The translations under genes were made by a program, and so were the position numbers. From assembly GCF_009914755.1 (NCBI RefSeq), contig NC_060934.1: a stretch of 64,000 bases of DNA; one strand, written 5' to 3'. The stretch is from the human T2T-CHM13v2.0 reference genome, Homo sapiens. Under the pieces are notes generated by a model. It was not told where the DNA came from, made no database searches, and saw nothing but the letters and a program-made list of their open reading frames with translations. Below, one piece after another: positions 12,930-25,280 of the stretch (the stretch's first letter is position 1; every line of letters begins with the position of its first letter).

Positions 12930-13330
12930 GTTGTCCTCCTCTTATACCTGTGGAGACTTAAGAGAAACAGGTTTCATCCTGGACAGGTTTACCCAGCTAG
13001 TGATTCCCTGAAGTTTAATAGCAGTGAGGACACTTTACAATACCTGATGAGTTGTAATTGATCCAGTGGTGGGGGGGTCCTTTTTAAAAAATTTTCAGTA
13101 AGGCAAAGCTGCTGGTTGAATAGGGGAGGCTATTCTTTTCTTTTATGGGAAAGGGCAATCCTTTATTTTCATAATGTTGGAAGACCGTTTGTACCTTGCC
13201 CAGATTTCAAGGGGAGGCACAGTGAGGCATGTCCAACCCCCTATTTCATGTCATTGCCTGAGTTTTTCAGGTTTCTTTGGGATTCTCTTTGGCCGAGGGA
13301 CTTACAACCAACTAAACATTCTAGGCCAGA
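12930..13330 (-). pseudogene. pol: ERV pol integrase C-terminal remnant
   Basis: Minus-strand translation TAIKLQGITSWVNLSRMKP (~12970-13026) matches the gammaretroviral IN C-terminal motif. Confidence 0.65.
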
Positions 13331-13666
13331 CAGGAATGGAGGTAGGCAGGCATTCATTAGCCCTTAAAACCCTTTTAAGCAATATAAGAGTCAAAACCTA
13401 AAAGCCAAAAATGAGATTATACATCAAGAAAAAACCAAGAGTACAGGTTCAAGTTATACTAGGAGAAAACATTGCTTTTCTAGGCGTTAAGATAAAATAT
13501 TTTAGCATCTTAGCATCAGGCCATAACAACAGTGGGAACCAGAGGAAAAAATATTACAGGCACTGATGAAAAAGCTAAAGGAGATGGTTATCATCATGGG
13601 CCTTCCCAAAGGGGGACAGTGCTGAGAGCAGCCTGACACAACGGTTGAACTTTTGAGTTAGGAATC

Positions 13667-14030
13667 TGTATTAGTCCATTTTCATGCTACTGATAAAGAC
13701 ATACCCAAGACTAGGCAATTTACAAAAGAAAGAGGTTTAATGGACTTACAGTTCCACATGGCTGGGGAGGCCTCACAATCATGGTGGAAGGCAAGGAGGA
13801 GCAACTCACACCTTACATGGATGGCAGCAGGCAAAAAGGGAGCTTGTGCAGGGAAACTCCCGTTTTTAAAACCACCGGATCTCGTGAGACTTATTCACTA
13901 TCACGGGAACAGCACGGGAAAGACCCACCCCCATGATTCAATTACCTCCCACTGGGCTCCTCCCATGACATGTGGGAATTGTGGGAGTTACAATTCAAGA
14001 TTAGATGGGGGACATGGCCTAAACATATCA
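13667..14030 (-). mobile_element. THE1 (THE1D-like) MaLR solo LTR
   Basis: tgtattagtcc...aaacatatca with perfect 5-bp TSD GAATC. Confidence 0.9.
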
Positions 14031-15284
14031 GAATCTGTGAAGTTTTTCAAAGAAACATGTTATAGAATTGAAAAGCAAACATTTTTATAATTTTATTAAC
14101 AGCAAATCTGTACCTTAGGGAAACCTTGTTTTAACATGGGACCGTTCTCTAGAAAGACTGTTAGAAACAATTCTCTTTTAATGACAGCCAAATTAATTAC
14201 ACACAAAATTCCTTTATAAATTCCCCTTTACAAACCTTATCACAACTTAGACCACCTCTGACACACTTGGACTTTCTGACTTGTCTAATACTACTGCTTA
14301 TTTAAATAATCAGTCATTCTACCCTAGGACAAGAATTTATCATATAAGATCTTTTTTATAGAAAATTATTCTTTATATCCTTCCTTACCAATAACTTTTT
14401 TTTACATCTCTCTTTTCTACTTACTGGTTTCTTTGTATTTTGAACTTCCTTTTTAATAACTTCTGAATTAGACAAAGACTATTCTTTTTCCCAATAAAGG
14501 ATACATCTTCTTTGGCTTATTTTATATAAACCTAGGAAGCAAGAAATCCTAAACTGCCTATCAGATATTGGGACTTTATAGATAAGGAACCATTCTATAA
14601 TTTTAAGACTTTAAACCACACAAAAAGCTCATCATTTAAAGCCGTTTTAATCATTCTAACACCTACAAATATCAGTGGTTTACCTAAATAAAAATTTTAA
14701 AGTTAAATTTTAGAAGATGCAATATTCCCTTTAAACTAATAAGTTTAGTCTTACTTGTTTAATTTATGAGCGATCTTTTACTTATAAGCCAATTTGACAG
14801 CACACTAGACACAACACACATCACACAAAGTGACCTATCCAAGACAGCTGGATCCAAGTTATTTGCAAAATTGGGACCTGTCAACCTAGCCAAATTTTGT
14901 TTGCCCTGATAGGTATGGAAAACAGGGAGAGTCAAGGAAGGGGATCCCGTAGAAGGGAGGGGGCAAACCCCACTGTTCAAGGGGAGACCTGAGCCAGCAG
15001 AGAGTCCACTTAGCAGCAGAGACACCAAAGAGAAACATCCAGACGGCCACTTGTCTGCCACAGAGGGAAGATGTCTGTCAGTCAGGTCAAGGGCCTGGGA
15101 CCCCCAGTAATATCACTTGAGCAAGGCAGCTGGTTGGGAGCAATTGGAAGAAGGTTAGCTCTAGTATTGACGGTAGCTTTTTCCCTCTTTCATCAGGATG
15201 GTTAGAACTTTCTCATTGACAATGGCCCTCTTGTTTACAGTAGGCACGCTGATTCCAGCCCAGGGGCCAGCAAGTCAGGGGCTT

Positions 15285-16800
15285 TCATCTGGGTATCCCA
15301 GATGCTGATCTCATGACACTTTCTTGGGATAGGTAACCCTGAGGGGCCAGATGGTTTAAAGCATTCACTAGCAATTGTGCTTTTTCGCTATTTCTTTTGG
15401 GTCTCTCTGCCCTCTTTGCCCTGTCCCTATTGTAAACTCTAAAGACCATGTTCCAGAGTTGGCTCATCAGGGTTTGGGGTCCCACTGCTGCTTTTTATAG
15501 CTTCCTCCTAATGTCAGAGGCAGACTGAGTCATAAAATGCATACCCAAGAGAGCTTCCACTTCTGGGGTGTCTGGATTTACCTTAGTAAATATTTCCTGA
15601 GTGCCTCAACCATTCAGCCCTGAATGGGATTTTCATTTTTTCCCTAAGTTACTTTGTTAACATTGTTAGGATTACTGGCTTAACCACACACCTTTTTCTC
15701 TGCCTCTTCTGTGCAGCACAGAAAGTGGATGACAATACTTGCAAGTCATGCCAAGTAAATCAAAGGACATGGTCAATTTAATAAACTCTTCTACAAATGT
15801 TCCTGGATTCTCTAAGAACTGGCCAGATTTTTCCTTGCATAAAGCCAAGCCAGGCATAGAAAAAGGTGCATGTACTCTGATTATTCTTTTATTCCTTTTG
15901 GCTACCTCCCACAATGGACACAGGTTTGATTTCAGGGGCTGATACAGGACCACACTTTTGGTGGTACTGGTTGGGCTTACTTCCTCAGGCAGTAGGGGGG
16001 ATAGGCTGGGGACAGTTGGATAAGAAGAGGGGTACCTGATGACCTTGGGGTGGAATCCTGTGTTACAGACCTGGTGGGAACCCTCCCTCTGAATTGGGGG
16101 AGCTGAGGAGACTCTGGAGGAGGGTGTAGGCCTTCTAGGGGGAGCAGCTAGGAGGGAATTCCTTAAGCATGACTTCCTGGTGCCTGGAAGTAACATAAGC
16201 CAGTAAAGGGCCATAAAAGCCTGTACATAAGGGACCTCTTCCCATTTTCCTTTTTTATTGAGACTCTGCTCTGTCACCCAGGCTGGAGCGCAGTGGCACA
16301 GTCACAGCTAACTGCAGCCTCCAACCCTTGGGCTCAAATGATCCTCTTGCCTCAACCTCCCAGAGTAGCTAGGACTACAGGTGCATACCACCATGCCCAG
16401 CATTTTTTTTTTTTTTTTTGTAGAGATGGGGTATTGCTATGTTGCCCAGATGGGTCTTGAACTCCAACCTCAAGCTATCTTCCCTCCTCGACCTCCCAAA
16501 GTGCTGGGATAAAAGGCATGAGCCACTGCACCTGGCCCCTCCTTTTTTTTTTTAACCAAGTAAGTCCAATTATAAAATAGCATTATGGTATAAAGAACCA
16601 CGTTTAAGCCAAATCTCTTGGTTTTCTAATTTTTATTGGACCCAAATGATGCTGCAATAGAAAATGAGTTTCTTTTTAAGTCGAATTTCAATTTTCACCA
16701 AAAGCCTTAAAGACACCCTACTGGCAAGTCTTTTCGGATGTTCGCCATTGTCCGCTTGTCTAAGAAGAATCTTCACCAGACAAAGAAGCTTTTCTAAGGC
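15285..16800 (-). pseudogene. gag: ERV gag remnant (MA-CA), frameshifted and Alu-interrupted
   Basis: LKKKLIFYCSIIWVQ, GKWEEVPYVQAFMAL, IRVHAPFS...F.ENP..FVEEF, MHR-like VT*GKNENP and HFMTQSASDIRRKL*K. Confidence 0.85.
16251..16537 (-). mobile_element. Alu (AluJ-like) inserted in gag MA
   Basis: Antisense Alu dimer with J-type features. Confidence 0.9.
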
Positions 16801-17404
16801 TAGTGAGAGGGAAAGCAACTGGGCCCTCGCAGTTCTTCCTTTCAGATTCGCACTTCCTGTAGGGAAGGTGTACGTATAGGTAGCAAGGTATTACAAAATA
16901 TATTATAAGTGTTTGCCAGTGAATTAAACACTACAGAAGTATTTTTATTAAGCAACGTGCAGAAGGAAAAGTGTAAATAAAGTAACAATAAGAAAAGAAA
17001 ATGCTTCTATGGAAAATGATAACTTTAGGGCAGAAAACAAGAAAAGGCAAGACTAAGACTCCCCTAGGGTGGGCCTCCAACCCACAATCCTAGAGGGAAT
17101 GTCAACGCTGAAAACCCCAGAGCATCTTGGGCGTAGCCAACAATACCAAATATCAAAAACCCAGAGTACCCAAGTATCAGCCAATGAGGATCCCCCCACC
17201 AAATACCAAAAGCCCTAGAGCATCCAAGGAGCCAGGAAACAGTGAACCCCAAAGGCCAGGTAGGGCCACAGAACAACGTGATTCTGGTGTCTCAGAATCA
17301 ACACAACAGGAGACCTCTCCAACCAAGTGTTCTGCCTTAAACAATTACCCAAATACAGTTAGAAGGGAACCAAAGCAAAAGCTACAAATGAAATATGCAT
17401 TTCA

Positions 17405-17678
17405 GGCTGGGCATGGTGTCTCACACCCATAATCCCAACACTTTGGGAGGCCGAGCCAGGCGTTTCAAGAGCAGCCTGGACAACATGACGAAACCCCCTT
17501 TCTACTAAAAGTACAAAAATTAGCCAGGCGTAGTGGTACACTACTGCAGTCCCAGTTACTTGGGAGGCTGAGGCATGAAAATTGCTTAAACCCAGGAGGC
17601 GGTAGATGCAGTGAGCCAAGATCATGCCACTGCACTTCAGCCTAGGTGGCAGAGAGAGACTCCATCTCAAAAAAAAAA
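17405..17678 (+). mobile_element. Alu (AluS-like, small deletion in left arm)
   Basis: Alu dimer with A tail; TSD-like aaatatgcatttca/aaatgtatttca. Confidence 0.9.
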
Positions 17679-18340
17679 TGTATTTCAAGGTGGAAAATAA
17701 AATGAAACGGCCAATGGAAAAATTATGTGGATGGCATTAGGGGAGAAACAATGGAGAGAAAGGCTGACAAGGACATGGCAGGTCAGGTGTGCTTCTGTCC
17801 AGGGCAACCAAATAGCGGGGGGCTTTGAATTGACTACCTATCCAAAGGCCTCATTTCCTGGCTCACCTGATACTGTTGGGGGTGGGGGGGGCAAAGGGGA
17901 CACTTACCTGTCTGCAGAAGCCACAGTGGTGCCAACCAGTCTCTAACATGGCGCTCAGGTGAAGGTCTCTTCCCCAGGTTTCCCCAGCTTGGGCAGACTT
18001 GGCAGCTGTGATGTGTCCAGCATGTGGTCCAGTGCCCAGTCAGCCGGGGTAGTGGGTCTCACACAAGGCAGCGCTGTGGCCACTCACCCGTCCACTCAGT
18101 TCTGCTGCCACCACCTGCAAGAAAGACCATGGCTTTCAAAAGGCGTGTGGCTAGTGTTCCAGCTCTCTGCAGTGCCAACAGCTCTCCACAGCTTTGATCG
18201 CCACATCACCAACCACCAACTGCTGCTTCTTGCCATCTCGCCATCTTAACAATCATGGACTGTCACCTCGCACCATCCCACTGGTCACGTTTTGCCATCT
18301 TGCTGTCTCTTGCCATTGCTGTGTCTCACTGTCTGGCTTC

Positions 18341-18358
18341 TTCCCTCTGTGGTTGCCA
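18341..18358 (-). promoter_or_regulatory. Primer-binding site of the provirus
   Basis: TGGCAACCACAGAGGGAA 3 nt inside the 5' LTR boundary; resembles the ERV9/HERV-W-type PBS. Confidence 0.65.
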
Positions 18359-18361
18359 GGA

Positions 18362-18867
18362 TGATGCAGGCAGGTGAGCCCCCAAACTGGGGCTTAACCC
18401 AGGAGGGTTCTTGGCTTTATGCAGGAAAGAATTCAAAGGCCAGCCAGCACTATTAGATAACAAGCTTTTATTGAAGGGCACTGCTGCTTGCAGAGGAGAG
18501 CTAACTCCTAGGCAGTGCCCCCCAAGCCACACCTGTGGGCTGCTGGCAACTGCATTTATATCCACTTATGCCCACTTTCAATTACATGCAAATTAAAGGC
18601 CAGGTTAATGCAAACTGAGGGACAGGTTATTCAGAACTTTCTAGGAAATGGGAAGTAACTTCCAGGTCCTTGCCAAGGAAAGGGGCAATCACTTTTGGAT
18701 CGTTGCCATGGCATTTGTAAACTGTCATGGTGCTGTTGGGACTGCCTTATGCTAATGAGCAGTGAGGGCAGCTAGGGATCCCTTTTGTACCATCTGCCTG
18801 TTCCTGCCAGTTTTTTCACTTCATCCTTTAAGGATCAGGAAATAAGTCCTGCAGTTCTCCTTCCTCA
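18362..18867 (-). mobile_element. 5' LTR (MER66-like)
   Basis: Homologous to 11703-12159; adjacent to the PBS. Confidence 0.85.
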
Positions 18868-19437
18868 GAGTGACAGCAACCTCAGCCTGCTCTCATGACT
18901 GTGTTTCAGTCACAGACAGTCAGACCATATGGATACAAGGGGATTCAACTGAAGTGCAGTGAAGCCCCCAAGGTCCCTCCTCACACACACACTGATGCTT
19001 GCTGAAAGAAGCAGAATGGCAAAATGCTCTGCCGTCACTCTGGTTGATGTGAACTTACTCTCAGTGTGAACTTAGATGGGTTACTTCACATCTCTACGCC
19101 TCAGGAAAGGGCTGGCATGGAAATAAACACACTATAATGTAAACTTTGGAATCAGAACAGATGACTGCACTGAAGTAGGACATGTGCCACTTTATAAGCA
19201 ATTTAGATCCATTGGGAAAAAGAAATTAACTAAAGTTACTCACCCTTCTCAGAAATGTCCACCAGTGAAAGTGATTAAGATGGAACATGTCATCAGGTTA
19301 CTCATAAAAGCAAAACATCAGTGTTTGGGGAAGACCAAAACTTGCCTCGTGTTTGTCTTTTGCTGCCATGTCCTTAGTTCCAGAGGCACCTCTGCCCTAG
19401 GACTGTGCCTCTGCACAGAAAAGTGGGGTTCTTCACT

Positions 19438-19616
19438 TTGGCGGGAACCAGCAGATGGCAGGAAAGCATCCCTAGCTGCCCTCATTGCTCATTAGCATAA
19501 GACACTCCAACCAGCACCATGACAGTTTACAAATGCCATGGCAATGACCTGGAAGTTACCGCCCTTTTCTGTGCCAGTGACCAGGAAGTTACTGCCCATT
19601 TTCTAGAAAGTTCTGA
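19438..19616 (+). mobile_element. MER66 LTR internal fragment, inverted relative to the provirus
   Basis: Reverse-complement match to ~18632-18810 of the neighbouring LTR; has no LTR termini. Confidence 0.85.
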
Positions 19617-20020
19617 AAGGCATTTTCTAGAAAGCAAATGTGCAAAAGCAAATGTGTATGATTTGCGTTTCCCCTGATATGCTCAGAACTTTCTAGAAAA
19701 TGCCTTTTAAAGCCCATCTTCCCTCACTATGAGGATATTCTCTACAGCGAGAAGTGGGAGACATGAAAGACATAATTTGCCTTTTTCCTGATATGCTCAG
19801 AGCCAACCTTGCCCAACTGTCTTATATCCTCCTGCCCCGCCCATCCTTTCCCCAGCATCCTCCTTCCAGTTTCCTGATTAATATTCCTTCCATTTCACGC
19901 TTCTCCCTGGGGATGGAAGTTATCATACTCACACGCAGCTACCCCCCTTGGTAACACTGTGACCGCTCACCCACTAACCTGGACCTCCAGACTCATTTTT
20001 GTACTCTTTATCCTTTCTTA

Positions 20021-20023
<3 letters not shown>

Positions 20024-20052
<29 letters not shown>
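20024..20052. repeat. (TG)n microsatellite
   Basis: ~14 TG units. Confidence 0.95.
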
Positions 20053-20055
<3 letters not shown>

Positions 20056-20460
20056 CTGTGTACAAGAATTTGAGAAAGTAAATTAATTTGGTGTTGAGAG
20101 AAAGGCTGAATTTTTCTCAGTCCCCATGGGCTCTTTCATCCAGTAGCACTGGAATGACCAGGGACAATCCCAGGTTTGAGTTTCTCCTGCTGACAAAGAG
20201 GCTCATATACAAAAGGGCCTTAATCTGGCTCTGGGCTTTAGACCTGGCTGCAGGTACCCTGGGCCGTAAAGGACAACAGCAAGACATTGCGGAATCTATT
20301 CTCACCTAGGGCCTCTGTGGCTCTGATCTCTTTGCTTAGAGGGTCACAGGTCCCCACACCTCCCCCTCTGCCCATGTTCTTTCCTGATGAAGAAGAAGAA
20401 AATAGAAACAAATCCCCTGAAGGCTCTTCTAAGAAGGATTCAAAATATTCCTTTTCATTC

Positions 20461-20863
<403 letters not shown>

Positions 20864-21261
20864 TAGGTATGTCATCATAACGGCCCGAACAACCAGTGGA
20901 TGAAGTACTTCTTTGGCTTCTCATATGTGCCTAGAACTGTTCTAGGAATTGCAGGCTGACAAAAGGAGCAGTAGCAACACCTGCTTTCAAAGACCTTAGA
21001 GCACTGGACAGTCCCGAGCGGACTGTCCCGCCTGAGGAAATGGATCTACTTAGTCACGGGGCTCACACCACATCAGCCCCATCATTGCAGCCACCCTGTG
21101 ACTCAGACTGGGATGCTTGGGGCAGAAAAGGCCTCAAAGAAGTCTCTGAGCAGTTAAGTGCTTGACATTGGCAGCGTGGTTAGGTGAGGGGGATTTTAGA
21201 GGACCGGCACCCTGTTTCTCTTTTGGCCATATGAATTTCCGCTGCACTTCTTCTGGGGCTC

Positions 21262-21334
21262 CAATTACCCCAGTTATCCTTTCTTTTACTCCAATTATCC
21301 TTTCTCTTATTCTAACTATCCTTTCTTTTACCCC
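21262..21334. repeat. ~21-bp tandem repeat x3
   Basis: ttatcctttcttttactccaa-like units. Confidence 0.75.
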
Positions 21335-22234
21335 TCAGCTTTTTTTCATCTCTCCCAAAGGATGACAGGCCTCCTAATCAGGTTTAGAGGTCAGGAAGGA
21401 GACAAAGAAAAAGGGAAAACTTACGCCAAGTCCTGTTTTGTTTCTATCCAAGACTCTTGACTTTAAAGAGCTCCAAGGACTGGGGAGAAGCGAAGGGGTA
21501 TCTATTAATAGGAGTCATGAAGTCAAAAGGCATCCGACTGAACCTCCTTCTTCTGTCCTGCTCAGAACAATGAGAAAAAGCCAAGGTCAAAAGCAAGGCC
21601 AGGTTGGAAGGATTATTAGAAAAGTCATGAGGGAAAAAGCAGTTCACTCTCCTTGAGCAAATGTGAAATACACTTCTTATAGCAATAAATAATCATGCAG
21701 GATGGGGCGTACATGGTGTAAACACCTTTAATACAATTCTAATTTTCTCTTTGCTTCAAGAGCCACAGATTGTTATGGCAACAAAACAGAAAAACAGATC
21801 ACAGTATTAATTTGATATCTCGGCTTCATTTGTTCCACATTTGCAATACAGCACTTGCATAATAAACAGCCCGGGCTGAGCCAAAGCACAGAAAACACCA
21901 GCGCCACAGAAGGCCACTGTGGGGCAGCCTCTCAACCTCGAGTTCTGTTAAATAAAAAATAAATAATAATTTTCTACAAAGAGTAGCTGTTGGGCCTCCC
22001 ACACAATTTGATATTTGATTGTTAACACTTGACAAGCAGATAATTCTATTCTTGTCCGCCCGATGCCAATATAATGGAAAACATCAAAAGGCGGTATCGT
22101 GCTGCAGGGACAGTTCTCCACTGCAAGTTTTCAGCAGAAGAAACTTGCCTGGCCCAGCTCTTAATTCTCCATTTGCCTGGGCCCTTCCTGCATTCCCCCT
22201 CATTCCTCCCCATGAGAACAGACGAATACAGGCT

Positions 22235-22376
22235 TGTATTAGCTTCCTATTGCTACTGTAACAAATTACCCTCAACTTAGCAGCTTAACAACAACACAAA
22301 TTTATGATGATACAACTTTGGAGGTCAAAAGTCTACAATAGGGCTCACTGAGCTGAAATTGAGATGTAGGCATAGT
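22235..22376 (-). mobile_element. MLT1 MaLR LTR fragment
   Basis: tgtattagcttcctattgctactgtaacaaattacc...ggaggtcaaaagtct. Confidence 0.75.
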
Positions 22377-22528
22377 TGTTTTGAAAAGATTACTTTGCAA
22401 CTTGAGTAATCTTTTCAAAACAAAAATCTGACTATTTAATGTGGAGAAAAAGTCTTAAACTTCTGATGGAAGAATAAACTGGTAAGATACTCCTTGGATA
22501 GAAACTTGGCACTACTTAGTAAAGTTGA

Positions 22529-22892
<364 letters not shown>

Positions 22893-22990
22893 TTAATGTC
22901 AATTTCTTCAAAAAAAAAAAAAAGTCTAAGATTGTTCACTGCACTGCTGTTTATAATAGTAAAAACCTGGAAACAAGATTGTTCACTGTA

Positions 22991-23282
22991 GGCCAGGTGT
23001 GGTGGCTAATGCCTGTAATCCCAGTGCTTTGGAAGGCTGAGGTGGGAGGATCGCTTGAGGCTGGGAGTTCAAGTTCAACCTGGGCAACATAGCGAGACCC
23101 TGTCCCTACAAAAGAAAATAAAAATAAAAATTAGCCAAGAATGATGGCACATGCCTGTAGCTAAGACAAGAGGATCACTTGAGCCCAAGAAATCAAAGCT
23201 GCAGTGAGCTATGATAGCACTACTGCACTCTAGCCTGGGGGACAGAGCAAGACCCTGTCTCTAAATAAAACAAACAAATAAG
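22991..23282 (+). mobile_element. Alu (AluJ-like, internal deletion) within old L1ME fragments
   Basis: Alu dimer with J features; flanks resemble L1M 3' UTR. Confidence 0.85.
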
Positions 23283-23619
23283 AGCCACCTCTTCAACATA
23301 CACAAATTTCAAGAACAATGTTGAGCCAAGAACCAAGTGGCATAGTGATACATACAGTATGTGGTCCTTTGCTTAAAGTTTAAAAACCTGTTTAAACAAA
23401 AAACCAATACCACATAATATACATATGGACCCACAAATAAGTAGTAAATGTATAAAAACAGAGGAAAGAAAATAAAATATGACAGCAAGAGAGATCGTAC
23501 TTGCTTAGGGCTGATGGTTAGAGAAAGCTTTCTGTGGAGATGCTTGAATGACAGGAAAGGGCTGGGGCTGCAGGCATGGGGACAGGAGCTGAGGCCCCTG
23601 TACACCCTGGGGCTACAGA

Positions 23620-23800
23620 GCACAGCTGCAGGGCTTGACTACTTGGAACCAAATCCTGCTCTGCTGTGTAACCTATGTGTGACCCTGGGCAAATGACAGA
23701 ACGTCTCTGCCGTGTCTATAGCAGCATAATAATGGCATCTGCCTCATAGGGGCGCTAGATGAAATAGTTGGCCTGAATAAGTGACAGCAATGCCTGGCAT
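23620..23800 (+). mobile_element. MIR SINE
   Basis: aaatcctgctctgc...tgtgtgaccctgggcaaatgac...ctgcctcataggg. Confidence 0.65.
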
Positions 23801-24109
23801 GCAAGGAGGACCCTGTCAATGTTTGCTCTTATTTCTATTCCAGGCAGAGGAAACTGTAAAGTCAAAGACTAGGGTAGGGGAGGAAGGATAAGCAGAAAAA
23901 CACTGAGAATTTATATACTGGCAAGAAACCCAGGTGACTGGAGCAAAGCAAACCAGCAGCGAGCGGATGGCATGGAGGCTGGAGAGCCAGGCAGGGGTCA
24001 AAGTCCCCGTGCAAGGAGCTTGGCTGTCATTCCATGGGCTACTGGAGAGAGAAGCCGTGGAGCAATGGGATCCGATGTTAACTTGAAAGAGATCACTCTT
24101 ACTCACCAG

Positions 24110-24536
24110 TGAAACTGAGTGAACTACTCACATGCTCAGCCATTTAATGGATCTAGAGGGAATTATGCAGAGTGAGAAAAGCCAATCCCAAAAGGTTATA
24201 TACAGCATTGATTCCATTTACACGACACTGTTGAAATGACATTGCAGAAATGAAGAACAGATTAGTGGTTGCTGGTAGTTAAGGAGGGGTAGAAGCATCC
24301 GGACGGTGGTTATGAAAAGCCAACACAGGGATCCCTGTGGTAATAAAGCCGTTCTGTAACTTCCTTGACTTTGTCAATGTCAGTATCCTGGCTATGATCC
24401 TGTACCATTGTTTTGCAAGATGTTACCACTGGGGGAACTGGTTAAAGGGTATACTCTTCATATTATTTCTTGAAACTGCATGTAAACCCATCGTTATCTC
24501 AAGAAAATTTAACAGGAATTAAAAAAAGAAAAAAAA
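24110..24536 (+). mobile_element. L1MC 3' end fragment
   Basis: gagtgagaaaagccaatcccaaaaggttatatac...gatgttaccactgggggaactgg...A tail. Confidence 0.8.
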
Positions 24537-24915
24537 GCCAACTCTCCATAGAAAATAATTTGGAAATTCATATCAGACAGAAGCTCCAAAATTCCACTCC
24601 AGAGAGCAGGGATATGGTCATTTTAGCCTGGAAAAAGTTGAAGGCATATCTAATCAAAAGATACTCTCAGACTGTTGAAACAAAGCACCCAGAGAATATC
24701 CAGCTTTGAGAACTGCTGCTTCCTGGTATACTCTCCAAAATTATCTTGCTGCAAAATGTAGCTGAAGTCACGAAGAAAGCAACTTCCACAGCAAGGAAGC
24801 AGCTACAACAGTGAAAGCTGGACCTCCAGGGACCTACCATCTATACCTGCAGACAACATCTGCATACGTGATCCAAGTTGTCCCATAAAAAAAAAAAAAA
24901 AGACAGAATCAACAT

Positions 24916-25280
24916 CTCTATAGTCTCAATATCTTTGTCCTCCAAAACTCATATGTTGAAATTCTAACTCCCAAGATGATAGCATTAGGAGGTGGGCCTT
25001 TTGGAGGAGATTAGGTCACAAAAGTAGAGCCCTCAAGAATAAGATTAGTGTCCTTAGAAAAGGGGCCCCAGAGAGCTGGCTTACCCCTTCTGCCATGTGA
25101 GGATACAGTGAGAAGATGACCATGTACAAACCAGGAAATGGGCCCTCACCAGACATCCAGTCTGCCAGTGCCTTGATCTTGGACTTCCCAGCCCCCAGAA
25201 CTGTGAACAATAAACGTCTGTAGCTGATAAGCTACCCAGTCGGTGGCATTTTGTTATAGCAGCTCAAATAGCTGAAGACA
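24916..25280 (+). mobile_element. MLT1A-type MaLR solo LTR
   Basis: Typical MLT1A body ending ...ttgttatagcagc...aagaca; TSD AACAT. Confidence 0.85.

Noticed and set aside
15672-16277. 201-aa gag-like ORF as a domesticated gene
   Set aside because: Begins inside an Alu at a non-ATG codon, frameshifts within capsid, and neighbouring gag segments carry stops
21006-21028. 9-bp inverted repeat GGACAGTCC/GGACTGTCC
   Set aside because: Short enough to be chance or a MITE remnant
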